This document shows, piece by piece, positions 9,328 to 18,573 of a stretch of 64,000 bases of DNA. The notes below the pieces were generated by a model, which did not search any database, was not told the DNA's origin, and worked only from the letters and a program-made list of their open reading frames with translations. Origin of the DNA: Thermoplasmata archaeon (GTDB taxonomy: Archaea; Thermoplasmatota; Thermoplasmata; Lutacidiplasmatales; UBA184); contig JAKAOF010000001.1 of assembly GCA_021823345.1 (NCBI GenBank), positions 120,174-184,173 on the forward strand. Direction: 5' to 3'. The position numbers and the translations under genes were made by a program. Positions within the stretch are counted from its first letter, which is position 1; every line of letters starts with the position of its first letter.

Positions 9328-10273
9328 CGCCGCCCAGCCGCTCCAGCGTGCCGGCGACGAGCAGCGGGAAGAGGGAGGTCACGTCCCCTTCGACCGTCAC
9401 CTCTCTCGCGTTCGGTCGGATCTTCCCCCAGCTCACGGCCTCCCGGAGCCGCGCTCCCGAGAGCGAACCATCCCACTCGACCGCCGTGGTCATGTAGACC
9501 GCCGAATCGAGACCGCCTCGGAACTGGTTCCACCAGATGGTGTGGTGCTTGGAGATCCCTCCGCCCAGCATGATCGCGTGGCTCTTCTTCGCCGTGAAGA
9601 CGAGGTCCGAAAGGGCTTGCTCGTCCGCGAAGAGATCGATGGAAAGACCGCGGTGGTCCTGCCAGTAGAGCCACATCTGGCTCCCGACCGCACCGTCCGT
9701 GATCCCCGGCACGAAGACCGGGACCTTGCGCTCAAAGGCGGCCCGGCAGATCGATCCCTTTCCCTTTTTCGGCCCGAGATGCTCCCCGATCGCCCAGACG
9801 AGGTCCCGCGTCGACACCGCCCGCGCACCCTGGCGCCAGAGGCGGTCGAGGATCTTCCGCATCTCGGACTCGATGATCCCGCCATAGTTCGCCTGAGGGA
9901 TCACAAGATTCCCCAGACGATAGACGTGCTTGCGGGCGAGTTCCCGATCGTCCAGGAGCCAGTCCCCTTGGTAATAGTTCTTGGTCGACCGGGCGAGGTC
10001 ATGATCGAGGGTGCCACAGGTCGTGATCACCGCGTCGACCAGGCCCGAGGCGACCAGGTCTCGGATGAGGCCCCGGGTCCCCGTCGCAATGATGTCGGCC
10101 GGGAAGGACAGGAAGATGGTGGCTCCCGGGTCCCGCCACATGCCCGCCAAGATATCCGAGGCCGTCGTGAGCGCACGCGCGCTGAACCCTCCCGCCTTCC
10201 CGTACGACTGGAGCAGCCGATCGGGTGAGGAGAGCGCATCGATACGGAGATCTTCCACGGGGGATCGCGGCAT
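9302..10273 (-). CDS. dys: Deoxyhypusine synthase
   Basis: 323 aa, full-length DHS-like pattern (GATIFLSFPADIIATGTRG, ITTCGTLDHD, GGGISKHH). Its 3' end overlaps the argF 3' end by 26 nt (convergent). Confidence 0.9.
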   Translation of the reverse strand: MPRSPVEDLRIDALSSPDRLLQSYGKAGGFSARALTTASDILAGMWRDPGATIFLSFPADIIATGTRGLIRDLVASGLVDAVITTCGTLDHDLARSTKNYYQGDWLLDDRELARKHVYRLGNLVIPQANYGGIIESEMRKILDRLWRQGARAVSTRDLVWAIGEHLGPKKGKGSICRAAFERKVPVFVPGITDGAVGSQMWLYWQDHRGLSIDLFADEQALSDLVFTAKKSHAIMLGGGISKHHTIWWNQFRGGLDSAVYMTTAVEWDGSLSGARLREAVSWGKIRPNAREVTVEGDVTSLFPLLVAGTLERLGGVTKARARG

Positions 10274-10309
10274 CGGGATGGCCGACCCAGCGGCGGAATC
10301 AATTTAAGA

Positions 10310-10921
10310 GTGACCGGAGCTTGCCCGCCCCTGATGCTCTGGCTCGTGGCGATGGCCGGTGCCCTCTGGGTCTTCCTCCCGACCTACGTTGCGAACGGGA
10401 CCGCACCGTTCTCCCTGGGGAAGGGACCCCGCATGGACCTTGGGGCTACTTGGAAGGCCGATGGGCGCCCGCTCCTCGGAAAGTCGAAGACCTGGGCCGG
10501 CTTCTTCATCGGCGGGACGGTGGGCCTCCTGGCCGGCCTGCTCGAGGAATACCTGCTCCTGCTCGCTCCGCCATCCCTCCAGCTCGTCCCCCTGTTTGCC
10601 GGCTCGCTGGTCGCGTCCATCTTGCCCGTCGCACTGCTGAGCTATGGAGCGCTTGCCGGGGATGCGCTGGGCTCGTTCGTCAAGCGACGCCTCGGCACGG
10701 ACAGCGGGGGTCGCTCTCCGCTCCTGGACCAGCTTCCCTTCCTGTTGCTTCCGATGGCCCTCATCGGGATCGCCGCTCCTTCGCTCTTCGTTGCGGCGAT
10801 CTGGCCGAACGTTCCGGAGGGGGTACTGATCGTCTCCTGGGTCCTCGTCCTGTCGCTCTTCCTTCACGCAGGATTCAACCTGGTGGGCTTCTACGTGGGA
10901 TTGAAGAAAGTTCCCTGGTAG
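10310..10921 (+). CDS. carS: CDP-archaeol synthase (CDP-2,3-bis-O-geranylgeranyl-sn-glycerol synthase)
   Basis: 203 aa polytopic membrane protein with YVANGTAPF and GKSKTWAGFFIG motifs typical of CarS (DUF46). GTG start. Confidence 0.8.
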   Translation: MTGACPPLMLWLVAMAGALWVFLPTYVANGTAPFSLGKGPRMDLGATWKADGRPLLGKSKTWAGFFIGGTVGLLAGLLEEYLLLLAPPSLQLVPLFAGSLVASILPVALLSYGALAGDALGSFVKRRLGTDSGGRSPLLDQLPFLLLPMALIGIAAPSLFVAAIWPNVPEGVLIVSWVLVLSLFLHAGFNLVGFYVGLKKVPW

Positions 10922-10961
10922 CGGTTCCCGAGGGCGTCGCTCCGAGCGTCCCCGAAGATAT

Positions 10962-11747
10962 CTACGAGGTCCCGAACGAGGGTCCGAGCGCTTCGCGGTC
11001 CTTCTTGGACAAACGGACGATGACCAGGCTCGAGGGGATGATATCGAAGCCGCGCTCGGTGGAATCTCCCCGGATGCGGACCGCCATGTTGGGGGGGAGC
11101 CCTGAGACATCGATGGCCTGTCCGTCCTGGTGCCAGCGATCGACCACGGTCTTGAGCGCTTGATCGACCGAGACGCCCTTGGTCTTGTAGAGTACACTGA
11201 CCTGGACCACCTTCTTCTCATCGACATCGTAGAGCGCGACCGGGGTCGCGGTCAGGAGTTCGTCCTCTTCGTGCTTCTTGACCACTTGGTCGAGGAGTCC
11301 TTGCAGGGTCGCGAGCTCCGTCGTCTTCTCCTGAAGCTTCTGGGCCAGCTGGGCGATCGCGAGCTTGATGGTGGTCATCTCGTTCGCGTGGGTCTGCGCG
11401 AGACTCTTCACCTCATCGTGGGAATGCTCGGGCAGTTCGTGCTCGTGGGCCGGGATGTCCCCATCCGTGTCTCCTGAGTCGGCGTCCCCCGATCCATTCG
11501 TGGTGGCGCGTTCCGGAAGAGGGGGGGCAGACTCCGTCTTCCGAGGAGGCAGCTCCTTGTCGGAGATCCACATCGGGACCGAGGTATCTGGCGCATCGGG
11601 ATTGCGCGGTGGGGGGGTCGGAAGCGGCACGTTGTGCAGCCGGTTCCGATGGACAGCGAGGATCTTGAGGGGAACGACCTGGCCACACTCCGGGCACCAT
11701 ACATTCTCCGGTTGTTGGGAGTAATTCCCCCCGGGATAGCTGTCCAT
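10962..11747 (-). CDS. Hypothetical protein: N-terminal zinc-ribbon-like CPEC, acidic/His-rich linker, coiled coil, C-terminal globular domain
   Basis: 261 aa ORF with GC3-rich codon usage. Contains WCPECGQVVPL..H..RLH, a heptad-like segment (IKLAIAQLAQKLQEKTTELATLQGLLDQVVKKHEE), and a C-terminal beta-rich region. I recognised no family. Confidence 0.55.
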   Translation of the reverse strand: MDSYPGGNYSQQPENVWCPECGQVVPLKILAVHRNRLHNVPLPTPPPRNPDAPDTSVPMWISDKELPPRKTESAPPLPERATTNGSGDADSGDTDGDIPAHEHELPEHSHDEVKSLAQTHANEMTTIKLAIAQLAQKLQEKTTELATLQGLLDQVVKKHEEDELLTATPVALYDVDEKKVVQVSVLYKTKGVSVDQALKTVVDRWHQDGQAIDVSGLPPNMAVRIRGDSTERGFDIIPSSLVIVRLSKKDREALGPSFGTS

Positions 11748-11942
11748 TCCAGCTGCGCCAGAGAGAGAAAGGAGAAAAGGCTACCGCCATCGGCACCCAC
11801 GGGGTCCGGATCGGACCGTTCGGACCCTTTTTCTGGACCGAGCGAAAGGAAAGAACCAAATAGTTCGCTATCCCTGTGGATGAACTGGGGACACGAATTC
11901 CACACGGCCCATTTCAAGTGGACTAAGGCGCTACGATCAAAG

Positions 11943-14900
11943 ATGGTTTCGCGATCGCTGTCACTGCGGATTGGACCCCCCCCTGGCGTGGGCCCTGGGT
12001 CGCGTAAACTCCTCGCATCCGGTCGGAACCGCTACTCCGCTTGGGTCTGGTTGTGTATCGCGATCACGGCAAGTCTCAGCGTGACCGGGTTGCCCGTGGG
12101 GTTCAACGGACTCGGGAACCCCGGGGCGACGCTCGCCGCACCGACGTTGTATGACGGCCCCGCGGTCCCATTGCCGCACGTCAATCGGGCTTCTAGCTCG
12201 GACCTGCGCTCGACCCTGAGATCGCCGCTCGGCATCCCGCTGACCACGCGCGCTTCCACCGCTTACGAGGTCGGCACTCCCGTCGAGGTCAGTCCTTTGT
12301 CCATTGGTGGGGGCGCCAAGTCGAACTATGTGGCCAACTGCGCCGTCTACGACCCGAACAGCGGGAACATTTTCTTTGCGAATGGGGCCGCGAGCACCAT
12401 CGCGGTCTTCAACACCACGACGGACCTGCAAACCAGCAGTTTTGTTGTCGGTAACCGGCCCTGTGCGCTGGCGTTCGATAACACGACCGGTGTCCTGTAT
12501 GCCGGCGATAGCGGTGTGGGTTACGTCTACGAGATCAACCCGACCACCGGGGCGGTTCTTACCCAGATAGCGGTTCCGAGCCAGGTGGGGGGTTTGGCGT
12601 ACGACTATGCGAATGATACGCTGTTCGTCACCATCTCGGGAACCAATGAGATGGTCGTGGTCAGCACCGTCACTCAGGCGGTGGTAGCGACCCTGGGAAG
12701 TGGAAATCGCCCGGTAGGGGTCGCCTATGACCCGGCGGACAATTATGTGTATGTTGCCAACTCCGGGACCAATAACGTCTCGGTGGACAATGCAACGACC
12801 TACCGGCTGGTCACCAATGTTAACCTTGGCCTTACTCCGAACGATGTCATCTACGATCCGCAGAACCAATCGGTCGTCGTATCGGTCCCCCAGTCGGGTC
12901 AAATCATTCTGCTCCATGGTATAGCGGCCATCACCTACTCAGGAGGCTCGTTCCAACCGGGACAGATGGCCTGGGACCCGGTCAACCAACTCCTCTACCT
13001 AACTCCCTATTCTGGCGCACCGGGCTCGGGCCTTGAGGCACTGAACATCTCGAGTGGCGCGTTCATCTCGCTCGGTCAGAGCTGGGGCAACTCCCCGTAC
13101 TTTCCCGCGGTGGATCCCTCGACCGGGGAACTCTTCGACTATTCGAGCGGCATAGCACGAGTACTCGTCGTCTCGACGGTGCTTCACCTCGGCACGCCCA
13201 GTGTGGCCTTCAGTGGGATCTCCACGACCGGGTCCGGTGTGACCAATCTGACCAGCGTGCCCTCTCCTTACGGGCTCGCCTACAACCCGGGCAGTTCCAT
13301 GGCGTACGTCTCAGATTACTCGAATGCGACTGTCAGTGCCTACAATCTGACGACCAATGCGCTGGTCTTCCGCGCAAGTACGGGAAGCTCCCCTGTGGGA
13401 GTCGCCTTCGACCCCACGGCGGGAGAGATTTTCGTCGCCAATTCCGGGTCGGCCACTTTTACCAAGATGAACGCAGCCACCGGGGCGAGTCTAACGACCT
13501 ATGGGGTTTGGCCGAACCCCCTCTCCGTCGTGTATGACGAGGCTCGGGGGTACGTGGAGGTAGCCAACAACAACAACGTGACGATCTTCAACTCCAGCGA
13601 ATCCTTGACACTATCTCGAATTCAAACCGGATACCCCGACCCGTACGGGGAGACGATCGATGGAGCGTCCGGGATGCTGATCGTCGCAAGCTGCACGCCG
13701 ATCGGTGGCGTGCTAACCATCGTCAACCCTGCTCCGCCTTCGGCGGGGAGCGTGATGGGGGTGGGCAGCTGCGACACGGCCATCACCTACGACCCCGCCA
13801 ACGGAGACCTTTACGTGGCGGATGAAGCCTCGGGTCAGGTGGATGTTGTCGGAGGGGTCAATTACACGCTCATCGATCATATCCCGGTGGGCTTGAAGCC
13901 TCTCGGGGTCGCCTACGATCCGGCCAACGGCTACGTCTACGTGGCCAACGCCGGATCTGGCACGATCAGCGTCATCAACGACCTCTCGCAGTCCGTGATC
14001 TCCACCATCTCCGTGGGAGGGTCGCCGCAGTCCGTCGCCTTCGCATCGCGGAGCGCATCGATCCTCGTGACGAATCCCGCGTTCTCCTCCCTGCAGTCCG
14101 TTCCGTCGGAGAAGGATATCGTCCCCGCAACCTCGAACGTATTTGACGTGGGCAGGAGCGCAACGTTCACGGCCCCGCTTCCCGAAGAAGGCGCCGGCCG
14201 CCTCCGCGAGTCCCTTTCCGTAACCCCTGGATATGGCCTCATCTGTCAGGTGGAGTCGCCGGGCCATGCGCTCTTGCCCTTCACGTGCACGGGGAACACC
14301 AGCGGGAATTACACCGTGGACCTCACGGTGAACGATAGTGTCGCAACGGTCGTTTCTTCGGTGAACGTCACGGTGGCTCCATTACCATCCGAGGGGCCGA
14401 TCACCGCCTCCCCCCCTTCCATCGATCTCAACAACGCTTCGGTCACCTTCAGCGCCTCCCCGATCGGCGGGACACCCCCCTACACCTTCCGGTGGACCAC
14501 CGCGAATGCCACGCTCGTCTGCCCGGGATCGACCAGCGTGACGCTCTCCTGCTTACCCACGGCCGCAGGGAACTTCACCGTGACCACCGGTTTCATGGAC
14601 GCCGATGGCGTGTACAGTGGGAATGTGTCCACGGTCTACCAGGTCTTCCCGCGCCCGGCCGTGACCCTGTCGGAGTCCGCTTCTGCGATCGATGTGGGCC
14701 AAGCCGTCAATTTCACGGCGGTGGCCACCCTCGGGAACGGCATCTACCACTACACGTACTCCGGACTCCCGACGGGATGCCTTACCTCGAACGTTTCGAC
14801 CCTTCCCTGCCTTCCGACCCAGTCGGGGAACTTTTCAGGGATCACGGTCAGGGTACGCGACACTTCGGGCGGTGCCAATCTGTCCTCGCCCGTCAACCTC

Positions 14901-16580
14901 ACGGTGTACCCCCGCCCTCAGATCGTGCTCTTCCGCGCCGTACCCGCGAACGACTCGGTGGGGGTCGGCATGAGCTTCGCCGTGATCGCGACCGGAGGCG
15001 AAGCCCCGTACTCGTACGCGTATTCGGGGCTTCCCGCGGGATGTAACTCGGTCGATACGGGACAGCTTAACTGTACTCCGAGCGCAACGGGCACCTACAA
15101 CGTCTCCGTCCTGCTGAAGGATTCGCTCGGGGAAACTTCCCTGGGGTATGCCCTCCTCACGGTCTATTCGCTTCCCGTGGTCAGCGGCTTCCACATCCTT
15201 CCGGACCCCGTGGTCGCCGGCCAGGCGGTCGCGCTCTCGTCCTCGATCTCCGGTGGAACCCCCCCGTATTCCCTTTCCTATACTGGGCTGCCGCTCGGTT
15301 GCCTGACGGAGAACCTCGCGAACTGGACCTGCACCCCGGTCGCCGCCGGGAATTATTCCATCACGTTGTCCGTGGTAGACGGCCGAGGTTCGACCACGTC
15401 CGCTCAGGCGCCGCTCACGGTGACCCCTCAGTCCGGGGGCCCGGTCATCACCTCCTTCGTGGCCACGCCCAACCCCGTCGGCCAGGGGACGAACACCACG
15501 ATCCGCACCACCGTCAGCGGCGGGAAGGCACCGCTTTCCTATCTCTATTCCGGGCTCCCGCCCGGGTGTTACGACACGAACGCGAGCGCGATCTCCTGCG
15601 CTCCCACCTCCCCTGGGAACTACTCGATCTCGGTCCTCGTGCGGGATACCTTGGGGCGGCTCGCCCACGGGAACCTCTCCCTCGAGGTACTTTCGAGCGG
15701 GAAGGTCACTCCGCCGACCGTCACCTTGGTCAGTAGCGGTGCCACGATAACCGCCGGTGGAACGGTCAATCTTACGGCCCAGGTCACGGGCGGGCTCGGG
15801 CCGTTCCGGTACGCCTGGTCCCTCAACGGGACGAACGTCTCTACGGCCCCCGATGCCCCGCAATGGTCCGAGGCGCTCGCCCATCCGGGAACCTATCAGT
15901 TCCGCTCCTGGGTCGTAGATGGACGGGGACAGGCCGCCGGGAGCAACACCGTGACGGTCTCGGTGGTCGCCAAGGCGCCGACCACAACTTCCCAGAACGC
16001 TCTCGCGTTCAACACGTGGATCTACGTGATCATCGGCGCCGTGGTGATCCTGGCCATACTCCTCCTCCTGTTCCGGCGGCGGAAGGCCGGCCCGGCCGAC
16101 CGCTCCGCCGACCGTCATGGGGTTCGGGACTCGGATGCGGGCACTTCGGCAGAGAGCGCTCCTTCGCCTCCGGGAACTCCTCCCTCCTCGCCCGTGCCGG
16201 GGTCTTCCTCCGACCCCATCGCTGCCGGCTCCCCGGTGGCCGAATCCGCGCTTCCGTCACCCACACCGTCGCTCGACGACGTCGAGGAGGCCCGGAAGAA
16301 GCGGATCTCCGTCATCGGGCTCACCGAGTGCCCCCTGTGCCGGGTCGCGCTCCCCCAAGACATGAAGTGCCCCCAATGTGGCATGGACTGGAGCCCCAAG
16401 CCGGCGGGATCCTCCTCCGGGGCGAGTTCCACCGCCCCCTCCGGCTCAGAGAGCTCGGTGGCGAAGGAACCCGCGGGCGGAACGGGGTCCTCCGCTCCCT
16501 CGAGATCTCCCGACGACATCGAGGAAGAACTTCGCCGGGCGGAAAAGCGCATCCGGGACCGGAAGGAATCCCCACCGTAA
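11943..16580 (+). CDS. Giant surface protein: YVTN-type beta-propeller repeats, Ig-like stalk repeats, TM helix, cytoplasmic tail with zinc ribbon
   Basis: Repeated P.GVAYDP.....YVAN.G.N.VSV units (YVTN beta-propeller repeat pattern). Five to six GLP.GC..C.P repeats plus a PKD-like unit. TM WIYVIIGAVVILAILLLLF (16017-16073). The tail carries CPLCRVALPQDMKCPQCG (16329-16382). The ORF track start 11634 overlaps the divergent gene, so ATG 11943 (MVSRSLSL) is preferred. Confidence 0.8.
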   Translation: MVSRSLSLRIGPPPGVGPGSRKLLASGRNRYSAWVWLCIAITASLSVTGLPVGFNGLGNPGATLAAPTLYDGPAVPLPHVNRASSSDLRSTLRSPLGIPLTTRASTAYEVGTPVEVSPLSIGGGAKSNYVANCAVYDPNSGNIFFANGAASTIAVFNTTTDLQTSSFVVGNRPCALAFDNTTGVLYAGDSGVGYVYEINPTTGAVLTQIAVPSQVGGLAYDYANDTLFVTISGTNEMVVVSTVTQAVVATLGSGNRPVGVAYDPADNYVYVANSGTNNVSVDNATTYRLVTNVNLGLTPNDVIYDPQNQSVVVSVPQSGQIILLHGIAAITYSGGSFQPGQMAWDPVNQLLYLTPYSGAPGSGLEALNISSGAFISLGQSWGNSPYFPAVDPSTGELFDYSSGIARVLVVSTVLHLGTPSVAFSGISTTGSGVTNLTSVPSPYGLAYNPGSSMAYVSDYSNATVSAYNLTTNALVFRASTGSSPVGVAFDPTAGEIFVANSGSATFTKMNAATGASLTTYGVWPNPLSVVYDEARGYVEVANNNNVTIFNSSESLTLSRIQTGYPDPYGETIDGASGMLIVASCTPIGGVLTIVNPAPPSAGSVMGVGSCDTAITYDPANGDLYVADEASGQVDVVGGVNYTLIDHIPVGLKPLGVAYDPANGYVYVANAGSGTISVINDLSQSVISTISVGGSPQSVAFASRSASILVTNPAFSSLQSVPSEKDIVPATSNVFDVGRSATFTAPLPEEGAGRLRESLSVTPGYGLICQVESPGHALLPFTCTGNTSGNYTVDLTVNDSVATVVSSVNVTVAPLPSEGPITASPPSIDLNNASVTFSASPIGGTPPYTFRWTTANATLVCPGSTSVTLSCLPTAAGNFTVTTGFMDADGVYSGNVSTVYQVFPRPAVTLSESASAIDVGQAVNFTAVATLGNGIYHYTYSGLPTGCLTSNVSTLPCLPTQSGNFSGITVRVRDTSGGANLSSPVNLTVYPRPQIVLFRAVPANDSVGVGMSFAVIATGGEAPYSYAYSGLPAGCNSVDTGQLNCTPSATGTYNVSVLLKDSLGETSLGYALLTVYSLPVVSGFHILPDPVVAGQAVALSSSISGGTPPYSLSYTGLPLGCLTENLANWTCTPVAAGNYSITLSVVDGRGSTTSAQAPLTVTPQSGGPVITSFVATPNPVGQGTNTTIRTTVSGGKAPLSYLYSGLPPGCYDTNASAISCAPTSPGNYSISVLVRDTLGRLAHGNLSLEVLSSGKVTPPTVTLVSSGATITAGGTVNLTAQVTGGLGPFRYAWSLNGTNVSTAPDAPQWSEALAHPGTYQFRSWVVDGRGQAAGSNTVTVSVVAKAPTTTSQNALAFNTWIYVIIGAVVILAILLLLFRRRKAGPADRSADRHGVRDSDAGTSAESAPSPPGTPPSSPVPGSSSDPIAAGSPVAESALPSPTPSLDDVEEARKKRISVIGLTECPLCRVALPQDMKCPQCGMDWSPKPAGSSSGASSTAPSGSESSVAKEPAGGTGSSAPSRSPDDIEEELRRAEKRIRDRKESPP
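14393..15705 (+). repeat. Tandem array of about five to six ~86 aa Cys-pair Ig-like coding repeats
   Basis: Successive units contain PYTFRW..., YHYTYSGLPTGC, PYSYAYSGLPAGC, PYSLSYTGLPLGC and PLSYLYSGLPPGC, each followed by ..C.P...GN[YF]. Confidence 0.75.
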
Positions 16581-16667
16581 GGGTCGTCTCGCCGTCCGTA
16601 CCTCGCCTGGTCGCAGTGTACGAAATCTTAAGATGAAGTGGTCCCTGCGCGTGGGCTAGGGCAACCC

Positions 16668-18167
16668 ATGGACTGGAAAGCGCTCGTAGACGGGGAATGG
16701 ACGGACGCGATCTCGGGATCAAAGACCACCCTTACGGACCCCTCCACCGGAGAGGTGATCGGGACCGTTCCGAAATGTGGCCGAGAGGACACGCTACGGG
16801 CTATCGATTCCGCCCGGAATGCGTTCGACCGTGGACCGTGGCCCCGCATGAAGCCGAAGGAACGGGCACAGATCCTCCAGAAGGCGGCCCAGATCCTCTC
16901 CGACCGTCAAGCGGACCTCGCCCTCCTTGAGACGCGGAACGCTGGCAAGCCCATTCGGCAGAGTACCTATTTTGACCTGGCGCTCGCGGTGGCTCATCTC
17001 GCCTACTTCGGGGAGCTCGCGACGCATCTCAAGCCGAAGAAGATCAAGCAGCCGGACCTGGAGGGAAGCCACGGGATCGTCCTGCACGAACCCATGGGGG
17101 TCGTTGCCGGGATCTGCCCCTGGAACCTTCCCCTGTTGATGGCGGTCTGGAAAGCGGGACCGGCGCTCGCTGCCGGGAACACGGTGGTCCTGAAACCCGC
17201 CTCGATCACTCCCCTCACCACCCTCGAGCTGGCCAAAGCGCTCCTTGAGGCCGGACTCCCCAAGAATGCCCTCCAGGTCATCACGGGGCCGGGGGAAGAG
17301 ATCGGTACCTTGCTCTCCTCCCACGAGAAGGTCGACAAGGTGAGCTTCACCGGCTCGACCGAGGTCGGCCGGGACGTCCTGCTCAAGGCCGCCCCGTCGA
17401 TCAAGCGGACCACGATGGAGCTGGGCGGAAAGAGCGCGAACATCCTCCTCGAGGATGCGGACCTCGACCGAGCGATCGACGGATCGCTCTTCGGCATCTT
17501 CCTCAACTCCGGGCAGCTCTGTGAGTCGGGCAGCCGCCTGCTCGTGCCACGCAAGCGGGAGCAGGAGATCCTCCAGAAACTCACCGACCGGGCCCGTCAG
17601 ATCCGGCTCGGGGTCACCACCTCGTACGATACGGACATGGGACCCCTGGTCAGCCGGGGACAGCGGGACCGGGTCGAGGAGTACATCCGCTCGGGGGTGG
17701 ACCAAGGGGCCCACCTTCGTACCGGTGGAAAGCGGCCCGAGGGGTCCGAGCTCTCCCACGGCTTCTACGAGGAGCCCACCATCTTCTCTGACGTGAGCCC
17801 CGACATGCGGATCGCGAAGGAAGAGATCTTCGGGCCCGTGCTGGCTGTCGTCCCGTACGATTCCCTGGACGACGCGATCGAGATCGCCAACAATACCATC
17901 TTCGGACTTGCCGGCGCCGTATGGAGCCAGAACCTGCGCAAGGCCACCCAGGTCGCCCGTTCGCTCAAGGCCGGTACGGTCTGGGTGAACGACTACCACA
18001 TGCTCTCCTGCCACGCTCCGCGGGGAGGTTACAAGCAGTCCGGGATCGGACGCGAGCTCGGGGAAGAAGCCCTGCTCGAGTTCACGGAGACCAAGCACCT
18101 CTACTTCGATGAAGCCGGTGTGCTCTGGCCGATGGCCCGTGGTCTGGTCCTCCCTTCGGATGAATGA
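16668..18167 (+). CDS. NAD(P)-dependent aldehyde dehydrogenase family protein
   Basis: ALDH motifs FTGSTEVG, ELGGKSANI and the catalytic Cys context NSGQLCESGSR. ATG 16668 (MDWKALVDGEW) is preferred over the upstream ORF start at 16638. Confidence 0.88.
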   Translation: MDWKALVDGEWTDAISGSKTTLTDPSTGEVIGTVPKCGREDTLRAIDSARNAFDRGPWPRMKPKERAQILQKAAQILSDRQADLALLETRNAGKPIRQSTYFDLALAVAHLAYFGELATHLKPKKIKQPDLEGSHGIVLHEPMGVVAGICPWNLPLLMAVWKAGPALAAGNTVVLKPASITPLTTLELAKALLEAGLPKNALQVITGPGEEIGTLLSSHEKVDKVSFTGSTEVGRDVLLKAAPSIKRTTMELGGKSANILLEDADLDRAIDGSLFGIFLNSGQLCESGSRLLVPRKREQEILQKLTDRARQIRLGVTTSYDTDMGPLVSRGQRDRVEEYIRSGVDQGAHLRTGGKRPEGSELSHGFYEEPTIFSDVSPDMRIAKEEIFGPVLAVVPYDSLDDAIEIANNTIFGLAGAVWSQNLRKATQVARSLKAGTVWVNDYHMLSCHAPRGGYKQSGIGRELGEEALLEFTETKHLYFDEAGVLWPMARGLVLPSDE

Positions 18168-18201
18168 GGGGACCCATCGCCGGGGAACGAGTACCGGGGG
18201 C

Positions 18202-18208
18202 TTCTTTT
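18202..18208 (+). terminator. Oligo-T stretch downstream of the aldehyde dehydrogenase gene (possible archaeal terminator)
   Basis: TTCTTTT lies about 35 nt after the stop at 18167, in an otherwise GC-rich spacer. Confidence 0.3.
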
Positions 18209-18223
18209 CAGGGCTCAGTAACG

Positions 18224-18231
18224 TCTAAATA
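18224..18231 (+). promoter_or_regulatory. Putative TATA box for the Lys-rich small protein gene
   Basis: TCTAAATA lies 25 nt upstream of ATG 18256. Confidence 0.45.
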
Positions 18232-18255
18232 GGGCCCCAACTGTGCCCTCGCCCG

Positions 18256-18573
18256 ATGGCGAAGACGGCAAAGAAGACAGCCAAGCCCAAAGCCCGCCCC
18301 CACAAGGCTGCCCCCAAGACGGCCAAGCCGGCTAAGGCGACCAAGAAAGCATCCCCGAAGGCGGAAGCGCCCCCGGTGGAAGAGTCGACCGTAGCTGTCC
18401 CCGCCACGTCCAACCTTCCGGAACGCCTCTTGACGCTCTCTTTTCTCCGCGACGACGGGGAGTTCTGTGTGCGTCTCGAGAAGAACTCGGGGACCATGAC
18501 CGAGCTTAAGAATCGTTCTCCAGATCTTCTCCTGCGGATGGTCGCAGGCGAGCTGGAGGACCTGCTCGGCTGA
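18256..18573 (+). CDS. Small basic protein with Lys/Ala/Pro-rich N-terminal tail (H1-tail-like) and ~55 aa C-terminal domain
   Basis: 105 aa starting MAKTAKKTAKPKARPHKAAPKTAKPAKATKKASPKAEAP, followed by a non-repetitive domain. The upstream TATA spacing supports expression. Confidence 0.55.
   Translation: MAKTAKKTAKPKARPHKAAPKTAKPAKATKKASPKAEAPPVEESTVAVPATSNLPERLLTLSFLRDDGEFCVRLEKNSGTMTELKNRSPDLLLRMVAGELEDLLG

Noticed and set aside
11634-11942. Upstream extension of the YVTN giant ORF
   Set aside because: It overlaps the divergent gene 10962-11747 and contains no signal sequence. The hydrophobic anchor follows ATG 11943.
16260-16577. The two DD[VI]EE...R..KRI helices in the adhesin tail as ESCRT-type MIM motifs
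   Set aside because: The residue spacing does not fit the MIM1 consensus ([DE]xxLxxRLxxL[KR]). They are reported only as a duplicated charged motif.
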